From: an uncultured Pirellulaceae bacterium
GTDB taxonomy: Bacteria; Planctomycetota; Planctomycetia; Pirellulales; Pirellulaceae
Reading direction: 5' to 3'
DNA: 62,174 nt
NCBI GenBank assembly: GCA_938003615.1
Contig: CALKXO010000004.1
Location: 1-62,174 of the forward strand
The notes below the pieces were generated by a model, which did no database searches, was not told the origin of the DNA, and saw nothing but the letters and a program-made list of their open reading frames with translations. Position numbers and translations under genes: made by a program. Position 1 is the first letter of the stretch. Each line of letters opens with the position of its first letter. Shown here in pieces: positions 38,102 to 48,116 of the stretch.

Positions 38102-40978
38102 ATGAACCCTGATCCTGTTTCAAAAACCGAGTCTTCCGTTGCGGGTAATTCCGACAGCGCTGGCAGCGCCGACGAAACGCTTGAACAAGTTGTTGAGCGA
38201 TTCACGGATGAGGTTCGCGCTGGAAATCATCCGGACGTGGAGCAATGGGTCCGAGACCATCCTGATTTGTCAGACGAGTTGAGCGATTTGCTTTCTTCGG
38301 TCGCGATGATCGAAGGGTTGAAGAACTTCTCTCCATCGACGTCTCTTCCCCAATCGCGTTTCGCCGATGTAGATATTCCCGACTATCTGGGCGAGTACAA
38401 AATTGTTGGTGAAATTGGTCGCGGCGGAATGGGGATTGTTTTAGAAGCGGTGCATGAAACGCTGGGACGTCGTGTTGCCATCAAAGTAATGGTGCCGGGA
38501 GCGTTGACGACCTCCACCCATCTAGAGCGTTTTCATCGCGAAGCCGTCGCAGCGGCTAGTTTGCACCACACCAATATCGTCAGTGTTTTTGGTGCGGGGG
38601 AAGATCAAGGCTTTCATTTTTACGTGATGGAGTTTGTTGATGGTCAATCCATCAGTCAAATCCTCAAACAGCACAGCAATGAAAATCTAGAAACGGTCGA
38701 GTTCCGCATGTCACCTTCGTTGGTCGGCATTGCCGCAACAGGGGCGACTAGCGATACAGGGGCGACTAGCGATACAGGGTCGAGTAACGAAACGGGTGTG
38801 ACGGAGAGTCCTACGACTGGGCTTGAGCATAGTCCCGATCCAATTGATATAGCGACTGCCGTTTTAGGACCGGACCGATACAAGTGGGTTGCTGAAACAG
38901 GAGTTCAGATCGCTGACGCGTTGGCTTACGCACATGAAAAGGAAATCTTGCACCGGGACATCAAGCCTGCCAATCTTGTTCTCGATACCAACGACACGGT
39001 TTGGTTGACCGATTTTGGACTGGCCAAATCAACGCAGGACATTGAACAGACTGCAGTGACGAAGACGGGCGATATTCTTGGCACGCCGCAGTACATGGCT
39101 CCCGAGTCACTCTCTGGAAACTACGACTCCCGCAGCGAAACGTACTGTCTCGGGCTGACGTTGTATGAGCTGGCTACTCTCAAGCCAGCTTTCGCCAAAG
39201 CCTCAACCCCCGAAGTGATTCGCGCTGTTGCAGCTGCGGCACCGACGTCGCCTCGGAAAGTCGATCCGGCATTGCCGTCGGATTTGAGTACCGTGATTGA
39301 AAAAGCGATCGCAAAAGAGCCAAGTCAACGGTACCAAAGTGCTGCGGAATTGAGAGATGATCTGCGGGCCTTTGTAGAAGACCGCCCCATCGCAGCGCGA
39401 CGGACGTCGCTGTTGGGGCAGTTCGTCCGTTTTAGCCGTCGCAATCCTTTGGCCGCATCATTGACGGGATTGTTGGTGCTGGCATTAGGGCTGTTGGCGG
39501 CCACGGCTGCCGTCGGCTATTGGGCGACCAACAGCGCGCTCGATGATCTGCGCGAAAAACAAATCAGCTTAAAAAGGGAACAGGTCGCAACGCGCGAGGC
39601 GTTGCAATTGGCAGATGAGAACGCCAAGAAAATAGAAAACCAGTTTCAACGCGCCGAAACCAACGTCGATGTGGCGTTGGAAGCATTTGACCAAGTGTTC
39701 CGTCAGTTGATTTCACGTGGCACGGGACGGTCGGGCGATCTAGATATTGATGGTTTTCAGCAGATAGCGGGGGTCGAACGGGCGATCACCCAAGACGATG
39801 CTCTGTTTGTGGAAAAACTGCTGGCGTTCTATCAACGTCTAGCAATCGACAGCGACCATAACCGGGACTTTCGAACCGAGTCTGCAACCGCGGCGCGTCG
39901 AATCGCCAACGTGTATCGACTGGTGGGGGAGAATGAGAAATCACTCGACGCATACACGCGCGCTATTGAGACTTTTGAAGAGCTGGCTTACGAACAACCA
40001 GAATCGATCGACGCGCTACTCAATGCGGTTGCGACACGGAATGAGCGCTCAAGTCTGTTGGGGGCGATTGGGAAGTGGCGAGAGGCGTTGACGGATCTGG
40101 TCAAATCGCGTGAGCAGTTGATCGGTCACGCGCGATCTGAGGATGCAGGGGCGAAATTACACGTCATTCATACGCTCAACCAGCTCACATCGGGACCGGT
40201 AAAGATGATGTTTTCACGGCTTCCGGAAAGTGAGCAACCACGTGATCTATCAGGCCCTCAAGGGGTTGACCTTTACAAACCATTGGTCGACGGCAAGCTA
40301 CAAGCGGCACCGTTTGGTGAAATGATCCAGCAAGTTCGAAGCCAAGCGATTGAAGCCGTCGAACTTTCGCAACAGTTGAGCGCGGAGAGCCCATCGGATG
40401 TTGAGATTAGCGTGACGCGCGCCGAGAGTCTTTGTCATCTCGCTCAGATCGAACGAATGCTCGGCGGCAACGCGCGGGCGCCTTTGATCGCTGCGATGGA
40501 TGAGCTAGAAAACCTACAGCAGAAAACGCCAGACCAGCCTCAGTTCCAGTACCTGTTGTCGCTGACGAAAGCGATTGCATCGCAGGATGAGGGCTCGGAA
40601 AAATCGTTGGCGCTGCTGAAGGAATCCAAGACAACGTTGAAAACGCTTACGGATCGTTATGAGAAAATTCTGCCCTATCGCCAGTTGTACGCGGCCGTAT
40701 GCATCCAGTTGGCAGGACTTCAGATAGATGCGGCTAAACTTATCGCCGCACGTGCCAATTTAACGCTGGCCGGAGATTTGCTGGTACAACTTCGAAACGA
40801 TGCTGGCCGCGATTTCGGCACACGTATCAGTCGTCAGAAACTAATGAAACAGTTCCAGTTGCTCAGTGATTCTCACGCGGCGAACGGAGAATTTGAAACT
40901 GCGGCCGAAGTCGAGTTCGAAGTGGACCTTATTGATCGTAAGCTTGACGTGAAGTCGAAACGCAACGAAGAGGGGTAG
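38102..40978 (+). CDS. Membrane-anchored Hanks-type Ser/Thr kinase with TPR-like C-terminus
   Basis: GRGGMG, VAIK, HRDIKPAN, DFG, GTPQYMAPE; TM near aa 450-470. An 18-bp tandem repeat at about 38738-38778 encodes TGATSD x2. Confidence 0.95.
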   Translation: MNPDPVSKTESSVAGNSDSAGSADETLEQVVERFTDEVRAGNHPDVEQWVRDHPDLSDELSDLLSSVAMIEGLKNFSPSTSLPQSRFADVDIPDYLGEYKIVGEIGRGGMGIVLEAVHETLGRRVAIKVMVPGALTTSTHLERFHREAVAAASLHHTNIVSVFGAGEDQGFHFYVMEFVDGQSISQILKQHSNENLETVEFRMSPSLVGIAATGATSDTGATSDTGSSNETGVTESPTTGLEHSPDPIDIATAVLGPDRYKWVAETGVQIADALAYAHEKEILHRDIKPANLVLDTNDTVWLTDFGLAKSTQDIEQTAVTKTGDILGTPQYMAPESLSGNYDSRSETYCLGLTLYELATLKPAFAKASTPEVIRAVAAAAPTSPRKVDPALPSDLSTVIEKAIAKEPSQRYQSAAELRDDLRAFVEDRPIAARRTSLLGQFVRFSRRNPLAASLTGLLVLALGLLAATAAVGYWATNSALDDLREKQISLKREQVATREALQLADENAKKIENQFQRAETNVDVALEAFDQVFRQLISRGTGRSGDLDIDGFQQIAGVERAITQDDALFVEKLLAFYQRLAIDSDHNRDFRTESATAARRIANVYRLVGENEKSLDAYTRAIETFEELAYEQPESIDALLNAVATRNERSSLLGAIGKWREALTDLVKSREQLIGHARSEDAGAKLHVIHTLNQLTSGPVKMMFSRLPESEQPRDLSGPQGVDLYKPLVDGKLQAAPFGEMIQQVRSQAIEAVELSQQLSAESPSDVEISVTRAESLCHLAQIERMLGGNARAPLIAAMDELENLQQKTPDQPQFQYLLSLTKAIASQDEGSEKSLALLKESKTTLKTLTDRYEKILPYRQLYAAVCIQLAGLQIDAAKLIAARANLTLAGDLLVQLRNDAGRDFGTRISRQKLMKQFQLLSDSHAANGEFETAAEVEFEVDLIDRKLDVKSKRNEEG

Positions 40979-41450
40979 TAAGGCAATTTGTCATCCTCTC
41001 AGAGCGCGCTTGTTCATCCATTTTTTGGGCGGATCAGAAGGCGAGACCAAGAGGCGGCACAGAAGCCCGACTGGGGAATTTTTAGCGGTAAAATCCAAGT
41101 CCAAAGCCGCCCAGAGACTGGTTTTGATCTTCTGGCCGGTTAAATTCGTTTCTCCAGTAGGAAATACGTGCTGGCCTCCGTTCCAATCGATGACAAACGG
41201 TTGATAAGACAGTCTGCTCGTTAAGGGACCATCCGCGCCCACGAGCCAGTCTGCGGGTGTGGATTGCGGTTTCGATAGGGGGGAGGGAGCCCAAAAAGGT
41301 GTTTTGGGTTGTGTTCCGAGTCTTTTTTGGGCATTGAGACGTGCTGGGAACCAAGGTTGAAGATTTTTCTTTAAGGTTGACGAAACTGAATTTACGATAA
41401 AAATAACCAGTCGCTGGTACCACTAAGACCACCATCCATCACCAATCGCA

Positions 41451-41495
41451 ATGTTATCCCGATCCCACAACCGATGTTGTTGTCGACGTGCCTGA
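41451..41495 (+). CDS. Putative Cys-rich leader peptide MLSRSHNRCCCRRA
   Basis: ATG TTA TCC CGA TCC CAC AAC CGA TGT TGT TGT CGA CGT GCC TGA, upstream of cysH. Confidence 0.75.
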   Translation: MLSRSHNRCCCRRA

Positions 41496-41543
41496 TATTT
41501 TTGGCTCCGGATCGTTCGAATTGCACTTATTGCCAGTCACACG

Positions 41544-41569
41544 ACCGCGGGGACCCCTGCGGTTTTTTT
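41544..41569 (+). terminator. Attenuator terminator in the cys operon leader
   Basis: ACCGCGGG-GACC-CCTGCGGT followed by TTTTTT, between the leader ORF and cysH. Confidence 0.8.
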
Positions 41570-41641
41570 GTATGACTACCTTGGGGCGTTAGGCGTTAAC
41601 TTGTTCTATTGAACAGAACCACTTACTGATTAACTTTGCCC

Positions 41642-42502
41642 ATGAATGACCAATCTGAAGCATCAAAGAAAGCACAGCAATCGGCTGATGACTCTGCTGC
41701 TTCGCCTCAGCCTACTTCAACGCCTTTGGTTCAGTTGAACCAGACTGCTACAGCTGCACTTCAGGGTACCGAAGAAGTTGAATCGCAACCTGTACCTGTA
41801 AGTGACGAAAATCTGATCTCCGCAGATTCGTCTCCGGCGGATTTGGTGAAGTGGGGTTTGCAGCGGTTTGCCGGTCGCCGCATTGTCCTGTCCAGTTCGT
41901 TCGGGATGGAAGGTTGCGCACTGATCGACATGTGCGACAAATCGGTGAAAGAATTCAATCTAGAACCCATCACGGTCGCCTGCATTGATACTGGATTCTT
42001 TTTTCCCGAAACGAAACAGTTACGCAAAAAACTGACCGAACGCTACGACAGTTTGGAATTCGTCTCTTGGGAAACAAAAATTTCGATTGAACAACAAGCC
42101 ACCGATTACGGCAACGAGTTGTGGAAGAACAATCCGAATCTGTGCTGCCATATCCGCAAGGTGGTCCCGATGAAGGAGAACGTGGTCGACTACGACGTTT
42201 GGATTACAGCGCTGCGACGGTCACAAACTAAATCACGCGCCAATACCGAAGTTGTCAGTTGGGATTGGAAATATCAGATTTTGAAGTTTTGCCCGTTCGC
42301 CAGTTGGTCGCGCGGCGATGTTTGGAATTACATTCAAGAAAACGACGTGCCGTTCAATCAGTTGCACCTCCAAGGCTTTCCTAGTGTTAGCTGTTTTCAT
42401 TGCACCCAGCAAGTGGAAGGTTCAACTCCTGATTCTGACGTGCGTGATGGTCGTTGGGCCGGGAAAAACAAAGACGAGTGCGGATTGCACTTCAACATCT
42501 AA
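41642..42502 (+). CDS. cysH: APS/PAPS reductase (Fe-S, APS-type motifs)
   Basis: SSSFG, IDTGFFFPET, CCHIRKV, ALRRSQ, SVSCFHCT, GRW and ECGLH. Confidence 0.95.
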   Translation: MNDQSEASKKAQQSADDSAASPQPTSTPLVQLNQTATAALQGTEEVESQPVPVSDENLISADSSPADLVKWGLQRFAGRRIVLSSSFGMEGCALIDMCDKSVKEFNLEPITVACIDTGFFFPETKQLRKKLTERYDSLEFVSWETKISIEQQATDYGNELWKNNPNLCCHIRKVVPMKENVVDYDVWITALRRSQTKSRANTEVVSWDWKYQILKFCPFASWSRGDVWNYIQENDVPFNQLHLQGFPSVSCFHCTQQVEGSTPDSDVRDGRWAGKNKDECGLHFNI

Positions 42503-42592
42503 GCATTAAGACATAGGTTTCCAGATACAATTAGCCGTTTTGGCGCTAGTCACGGTTCTTGTTTTCATTGGAAACTTTTGATCGCGTGCTTA
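42500..42592 (-). mobile_element. 93-bp MITE-like element, copy 2
   Basis: Colinear reverse complement of 9925-10017. Its terminal TAA is the cysH stop codon. Confidence 0.75.
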
Positions 42593-42668
42593 GCTGAAGA
42601 TTAGGCCGCACCAAACCAGATTTTAACAAACCAAGTTTCGTTCATCATTTTTGATAGAAGAACCACCA

Positions 42669-44405
42669 ATGGCGAAAGACAAAAACGCTCCCTCAAAAGT
42701 CGAAGTTGCCAAAGATAAAAGCGCAAACCTGCGCGGTACGATCGACGAAGTGCTCAAGGATCCTGAGGCTGAAAAATTCGAGCACGACGATTTGCAGTTG
42801 CTGAAATTTCACGGCACCTACCAACAAGATAACCGTGACCAGCGCGCCGAAAGACGCAAAGAAGGACTTGGCAAAGCGTATAGCTTCATGATTCGAGTCG
42901 CGCTGCCCGGCGGTGTCGCGACAGCCAAGCAATACCTCGATCTAGACGCGATCGCCGCGAAATACACAACCGGTTCGATTCGTATCACGACACGTCAGGC
43001 GATCCAGTATCACGGCGTGATCAAGGGAGAACTGCGTGAGACCATGAAGTCGATCAACGAGTCGCTGCTGACGACTCTGGCGGCATGTGGTGATGTCTGC
43101 CGCAACGTGATGGCGTCGGCACCGCCGTTTACTGACGAAGTGTATACTCAGATCCGCAAGACAGCTGACGAAGTGGCCGTTGATATGGCACCAAAAACTG
43201 GCGCCTACCACGAGATCTGGATCGATGGTGAACGCCAACATCTGGAAGACGAAGTCGAACCGTTCTACGGCAAGCACTATCTACCAAGAAAGTATAAGGT
43301 CGGTGTCACCGTGATGGGCGACAACCAGATCGATGTCTACTCTTATGATGCTGGCCTGATCGGAATCGTCGAAGATGGAAAATTGGTCGGGTACAACGTT
43401 GTCGCCGGTGGAGGCCTCGGGTTGAGCCATGGTCGAGCCAACACCTACGCTCAGATTGCGTATCGAGTTGGTTTCGTTTCGATCGCAGATGGAGTGCAGG
43501 CGATTCAAAATGTAGCCTCGATCTACCGTGACTTTGGAAACCGCAACGACCGCAAGCAGGCTCGCCTGAAATATCTGATCGGCGAGAAGGGAATTGAATG
43601 GTTCCAAGCCGAAATGAAAAAGCGTTCAGATTTCGACATCCAACTGTGGCGTGAAATTCCCGAGGTCGAGAATCAGGATTGGTTGGGTCTGCACCAGCAG
43701 GACGACGATCACTGGTTCTACGGCGTGTTTGTCGAAAACGGTCGAATCCTAGACAACGATAAATCAAAAAACCAGACGGCCTTCCGTGAGATCGTTGAGC
43801 AATTGGGCGTTGGCGTCACATTTACAGCGCAGCAGTCGTTGCTGTTTACTGGACTCAAGAAGGATCAGGTTCCGGCGCTTGAAGCGATTCTTGAAAAATA
43901 CAACGTTGCCAAAGTTGAAACGCTGTCTAACGCACGTCGGTACTCGATGGCTTGCCCAGCGATGCCAACTTGCGGATTAGCTGTTGCCGAATCAGAGCGT
44001 GCCTTACCAACGCTGATGACGGACATCGAAAATAAGCTTGAATCGATTGGAATCGGCGACACGCAACTAACGATTCGCATGACAGGCTGCCCTAACGGAT
44101 GTGCTCGGCCTTACACGGCTGACATTGCGTTTGTGGGACGACGCCCGGGCATCTATCACATGTTCGTCGGTGGTCGTTTGGCTGGTGACCGCATGGCCGA
44201 TCTGTACGCAGCAGATGTGAAAATCGAAGAGGCGATTGAAACGCTTGAGCCACTGTTGTTGAAGTACAAGAGTGATCGCAATGAAGGCGAAGGCTTGGGT
44301 GATTTCTATCAACGTTTGCTTGATCGATCCGAAACCAGTACACGTGTGACAGGAAAAGAAGAACCTACGTTTGATCAACTCGCTCCTTTAGTACAGCTTG
44401 GCTAG
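42669..44405 (+). CDS. cysI: Sulfite reductase hemoprotein (siroheme-[4Fe-4S])
   Basis: LKFHGTYQQD, ITTRQAIQYHG, AACGDVCRNV, LPRKYK, ACPAMPTCGLA and MTGCPNGC. Confidence 0.95.
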   Translation: MAKDKNAPSKVEVAKDKSANLRGTIDEVLKDPEAEKFEHDDLQLLKFHGTYQQDNRDQRAERRKEGLGKAYSFMIRVALPGGVATAKQYLDLDAIAAKYTTGSIRITTRQAIQYHGVIKGELRETMKSINESLLTTLAACGDVCRNVMASAPPFTDEVYTQIRKTADEVAVDMAPKTGAYHEIWIDGERQHLEDEVEPFYGKHYLPRKYKVGVTVMGDNQIDVYSYDAGLIGIVEDGKLVGYNVVAGGGLGLSHGRANTYAQIAYRVGFVSIADGVQAIQNVASIYRDFGNRNDRKQARLKYLIGEKGIEWFQAEMKKRSDFDIQLWREIPEVENQDWLGLHQQDDDHWFYGVFVENGRILDNDKSKNQTAFREIVEQLGVGVTFTAQQSLLFTGLKKDQVPALEAILEKYNVAKVETLSNARRYSMACPAMPTCGLAVAESERALPTLMTDIENKLESIGIGDTQLTIRMTGCPNGCARPYTADIAFVGRRPGIYHMFVGGRLAGDRMADLYAADVKIEEAIETLEPLLLKYKSDRNEGEGLGDFYQRLLDRSETSTRVTGKEEPTFDQLAPLVQLG

Positions 44406-44439
44406 GCTTTGTTCTAGCTTGAAATTCGGATCGCTTCTG

Positions 44440-44495
44440 GTGGCGTAAGCTTCCAGCTTGCGATTGTAAGATGGCAAGCAGGATGCTTACCCCAC
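44440..44495. repeat. REP doublet (GTGG...CCAC)
   Basis: GTGGCGTAAGCTTCCAGCTTGC...GCAAGCAGGATGCTTACCCCAC. Confidence 0.7.
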
Positions 44496-44545
44496 ATTTT
44501 CTCAGCTCGCACAGATCACTAGATTGGGCCTCGGCAATTTTCGAT

Positions 44546-45388
44546 ATGCAGAAATCATTCACTACCAACAAGCCAACTCAATGCGCGATAGTGCTCGGGG
44601 CTCACGGTTCGCTTGCCGCACCTGACTCCAATCAGCCGCTCTATGATTTGGCGGATGCAATTTCTGACAAAGAACTTTTCACGGCAGTCACTCCGGCGTT
44701 TCTCAATGGGGATCCGCTGATGACAGACTTTCTCCAACACTTGCCCAAAGGCGATGTTGTCATCGTGCCCGCCATGACCAGCGTTGGTTACTATCTGCAA
44801 TCGGTCATCCCCAAACGAATTGCTGAAAACCCTGACCATGCAGATTTCCGGATTTTTATCTCGCCGGTGGTTGGCATGCATGAGAAAATTGCTTCGCTTG
44901 CAGCGGCGCGTATCGAAAGGACGATGGCCACAGACTCCATGACGGCTGACGATACGACGGTGGTCTTGGTCGGTCACGGTACTCGTCGTAATGCCAACAG
45001 TTGTAAATCGACTTACGCGTTGTTGGATCAATTGAAACTAGAGCGACCGGATCTGACGTTCGAGATTGCGTTCTTGGATCAAGACCCAGAAGCAGAAGCG
45101 GTTGCCAAAAAAATAGGCACTCCCCACACCGTCATCATTCCTTTTTTGATCAGCCGTGGTCCTCACACAACCGTCGATATCCCCGAGGCATTTGGCTTGG
45201 ATGCTGGTCCACAGGTCCAGTTCCCCAATCGAAAACAGTGGGATGATGGGGACGGGCATCGAATTTGCATCTGTGATACGCCGATTGGCATGTATCCTGA
45301 AGTAGCCGATCTATGCGTCGAACTGGCGATGACGGAATTGGAGCGGGGGACTCCGATAGAACTACCTGCTTTGGAACAACTCACCTGA
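44546..45388 (+). CDS. Sirohydrochlorin chelatase (CbiX/SirB family)
   Basis: LGAHGS, VLVGHGT, IAFLDQDP and PFLISRGPHT..DIP; located in a siroheme operon. Confidence 0.85.
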   Translation: MQKSFTTNKPTQCAIVLGAHGSLAAPDSNQPLYDLADAISDKELFTAVTPAFLNGDPLMTDFLQHLPKGDVVIVPAMTSVGYYLQSVIPKRIAENPDHADFRIFISPVVGMHEKIASLAAARIERTMATDSMTADDTTVVLVGHGTRRNANSCKSTYALLDQLKLERPDLTFEIAFLDQDPEAEAVAKKIGTPHTVIIPFLISRGPHTTVDIPEAFGLDAGPQVQFPNRKQWDDGDGHRICICDTPIGMYPEVADLCVELAMTELERGTPIELPALEQLT

Positions 45389-45398
45389 AAACTCATTT

Positions 45399-46175
45399 AT
45401 GATTTGTCGTCGTGGAATAATTTATTTGGTTGGTGCAGGTCCGGGAGATCCGGACTTGATCACTGTCCGCGGCATGCGCCTCATCCAGCAGGCCGACACG
45501 ATCATCCACGATCGTTTGATCCCTGCCGAAGTGCTGCAATGGGCGCGGCCTGAAGCGTTGTTGATCGACGTTGGCAAATACCCTGATCACCACCGCGTTT
45601 CCCAAGCCGAAATCAATCAGCTGTTGGTAACTCATGGGCTCAAAGGCGAGATGGTTGTCCGTCTCAAGGGCGGTGATCCGTTTGTCTTCGGTCGAGCCCA
45701 AGAAGAGATTGATGCCTGTTGTACCCAATCGCTACCCTGCGTCGTGGTACCGGGCGTTAGTAGCTGCATCGCTGGTCCGGCATCGGTCGGCATACCAGTG
45801 ACCTCGCGCGGCGTTGCTCGTTCGTTCGCCGTGTTGACCGGGCATACCGATCCGAATCTAGGCAAGCACAGTTTTGACTTTGCCTCGTTGGTGAACATCG
45901 ACACGTTGGTGTTGATGATGGCGTGTCGAAACCTACCGATGATTGCGTCATCTCTGATCGAAGCCGGTATGGATCCGGCCACACCTGCCGCCAGTATCGA
46001 GCGCGCCACGCAAGCGAATCAGCGCGTGGTTGCGGCGACGGTTGGCACGATCGCCGGGCAGGTCGAAGCGGCCGGACTGAAGAGCCCCATGATTACTGTC
46101 ATTGGCCACGTCGCCACACAGGTCAATCAGGATTTGCTTCTTCAGCTTCCCGAAGAAATCGCGTCGCTGATTTAG
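45399..46175 (+). CDS. cobA: Uroporphyrinogen-III C-methyltransferase
   Basis: YLVGAGPGDPDLIT, RLKGGDPFVFGR and VVPGVSS. Confidence 0.95.
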   Translation: MICRRGIIYLVGAGPGDPDLITVRGMRLIQQADTIIHDRLIPAEVLQWARPEALLIDVGKYPDHHRVSQAEINQLLVTHGLKGEMVVRLKGGDPFVFGRAQEEIDACCTQSLPCVVVPGVSSCIAGPASVGIPVTSRGVARSFAVLTGHTDPNLGKHSFDFASLVNIDTLVLMMACRNLPMIASSLIEAGMDPATPAASIERATQANQRVVAATVGTIAGQVEAAGLKSPMITVIGHVATQVNQDLLLQLPEEIASLI

Positions 46176-46215
46176 GGATTGACTTGAACGTTAGAATGGA
46201 TTGTGTGATCTGCCA

Positions 46216-46812
46216 ATGTGGAAAGCCAAAACCAAAAACTACAAGTTTCGAAGTGTTCAGTGGTTTCAAGTAATCAACGAGGCTTCTGGCAATACGCTCA
46301 CATATCGAGACGTGTTGGAATTGTGGCAGCAAAGCCAGTCCTTTCGAGACTTTTTCTGCGGTCTGCTACGAGAAAGTCGGTTTGAACGTTTCCGATGGGA
46401 GACACCAGTGGTATGCCAAAAAACGCTCGACAGAGAATTCGAATTTGTGCTAGTGAATTCAGAGCTGCTCCCCTCGTGGGGCGATCCGCGTGCATTTGCC
46501 GAGCACTTTACAGAGGTCGAGGAGGAATCTCCTCAGGTGATTTCCTTCAGTAACCTTGGCCGCAATGCGGTGTTGGTGGTCCCCAAACCACTTGCCGGGC
46601 CTGAGGCATATCCACAACTTGCTGCGTTCATCAGACATGCTCCGCTCGCACAGCAACACGAATTTTGGTGCGTAGTTGCTACTCAGATGAAACAGCGAAT
46701 GAACGAGCGGCCGGTGTGGCTAAGTACAGCGGGAATGGGCGTTTCGTGGTTGCATGTCCGGTTGGACGACCGCCCAAAATACTACGTTTGGGCGTCCTAC
46801 AAACAACCTTGA
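46216..46812 (+). CDS. Conserved hypothetical protein (DUF6940-like)
   Basis: FRWETP, FEFVLV, FSNLGRNAVLVVP and WLSTAGMGVSWLHVRLDDRPKYY. Confidence 0.8.
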   Translation: MWKAKTKNYKFRSVQWFQVINEASGNTLTYRDVLELWQQSQSFRDFFCGLLRESRFERFRWETPVVCQKTLDREFEFVLVNSELLPSWGDPRAFAEHFTEVEEESPQVISFSNLGRNAVLVVPKPLAGPEAYPQLAAFIRHAPLAQQHEFWCVVATQMKQRMNERPVWLSTAGMGVSWLHVRLDDRPKYYVWASYKQP

Positions 46813-46822
46813 GAGTTGTCGA

Positions 46823-47113
46823 ATGATCGGATTTCCTGATTTCGCGATGTTTGTTGCCTTCTTCACGATTCCCGTGTTGTATTTTTTTGTTGTTAGAAGC
46901 TCTACTCGAGGTTTCATTTACTCGAGCGTCTCTCTTTGGCTGCTCATGATTGTTGGAGCCGAATACCATTTGGCCTACACGCCCAATTACGATAGCTTCG
47001 CGCCGGGACTAGTTCGATTTATCGGCTGGATGCCTGCAATGGCGTATTCTGGGATTTGGCTAGTGATCAAACTGCCTACTTCAAACAAACGACAATCCAA
47101 CAGCCAAAGTTGA
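46823..47113 (+). CDS. Small membrane protein
   Basis: 96 aa with about 3 hydrophobic segments. Confidence 0.6.
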   Translation: MIGFPDFAMFVAFFTIPVLYFFVVRSSTRGFIYSSVSLWLLMIVGAEYHLAYTPNYDSFAPGLVRFIGWMPAMAYSGIWLVIKLPTSNKRQSNSQS

Positions 47114-47142
47114 CTCTCGCATATATTTGACTTGATCATCCA

Positions 47143-48111
47143 CTAGCGGAAACGTGTGTTCGGCTGGTCGGTCGTTCGGCTTGGCCCATTCCGTTCCGCT
47201 AGGCGACGGATCATAGGGCGGCGGCCGCGAATTAGGTTCGAATAGTCGGCCGTTTCCAAATGGCGGTTGGACAAATCGTTGACCAATGCCAGTGACTGTA
47301 AATCCTCAAACGGGATCGAGTTATCCAACAGCCCAAGATCGTACGCATACTTGGCTGAATAAGATGGCAAAAGCACTCGCCAGTCGTACTTGATGCGGTT
47401 GCCCGCCAATCGATTGACGTGCTGTTTAATGTTGGTGGTGCAGTTATTGGTCAGCGTATTGTAAAACTCAGGTTTGAGCGCCAGCTGGTTGACTCGTTCC
47501 ATGACATCAACAAATAGAGCCTGAGCTTGTACGGGTGTGGCGACCGTTGGATAAACGTAGACGGCCGTGTCGCGATATTTGGTGCGCGAACCAATCAAGT
47601 CTTTTTCGTCAGCGACGACATACATCAACTCAAATTTGCGCCCCAGCCCCAGCACGGCAGAGTACTCTTCTGATCTTTCTTTGCGTACTTCGGCCGACAC
47701 GCAAATGTGGGTGCCATCGTTTAGCCCGAAACTGATCATCGTGTGCGCTAGCGCGGCTGCTGTATTGAAAGGACAGACGACGTAGTCGGCACTTTGGATT
47801 GCCGTAAGATCGAATGTGCGATCATAGTGCTTGACCAAGTAATGATCAGCGTTGGCGTATTGCGAATTTCTGATATTGCGAACCGTGATCAAATTGCCGT
47901 TGGCTTCTGCCCAAGGCAGCACAGCAAGATCCGGTCTCCAATCTCGGTCGTTGGACGGTGTCAGTTTGCCGGCAAGTGTGGAAAGCCCTATTCCCTTACC
48001 TGTTTGCAGGCGTTGGCAACCAGATGTCGTACAAACCGCAACAGCGCAAATCAGCAAGCAGAAGCCGAGCTTTCGGGCGATAGTACTTTCAGATTTTCGA
48101 TTGTCGTCCAT
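47143..48111 (-). CDS. DUF4105 (Lnb N-terminal-like) lipoprotein
   Basis: TTSGC lipobox-like site; AHTMISFG, SAEVRKE and FYNTLTNNCTT. Confidence 0.85.
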   Translation of the reverse strand: MDDNRKSESTIARKLGFCLLICAVAVCTTSGCQRLQTGKGIGLSTLAGKLTPSNDRDWRPDLAVLPWAEANGNLITVRNIRNSQYANADHYLVKHYDRTFDLTAIQSADYVVCPFNTAAALAHTMISFGLNDGTHICVSAEVRKERSEEYSAVLGLGRKFELMYVVADEKDLIGSRTKYRDTAVYVYPTVATPVQAQALFVDVMERVNQLALKPEFYNTLTNNCTTNIKQHVNRLAGNRIKYDWRVLLPSYSAKYAYDLGLLDNSIPFEDLQSLALVNDLSNRHLETADYSNLIRGRRPMIRRLAERNGPSRTTDQPNTRFR

Positions 48112-48116
48112 GACAT

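Noticed and set aside
40991-41435. Short ORFs between the kinase gene and the cys leader
   Set aside because: No family features; more likely promoter or intergenic DNA.
41400-41640. SAM-I riboswitch or T-box upstream of cysH
   Set aside because: No AUCAAGAG/GCAACC or AAGGUGGUACC-type consensus; a Cys leader peptide explains the terminator better.
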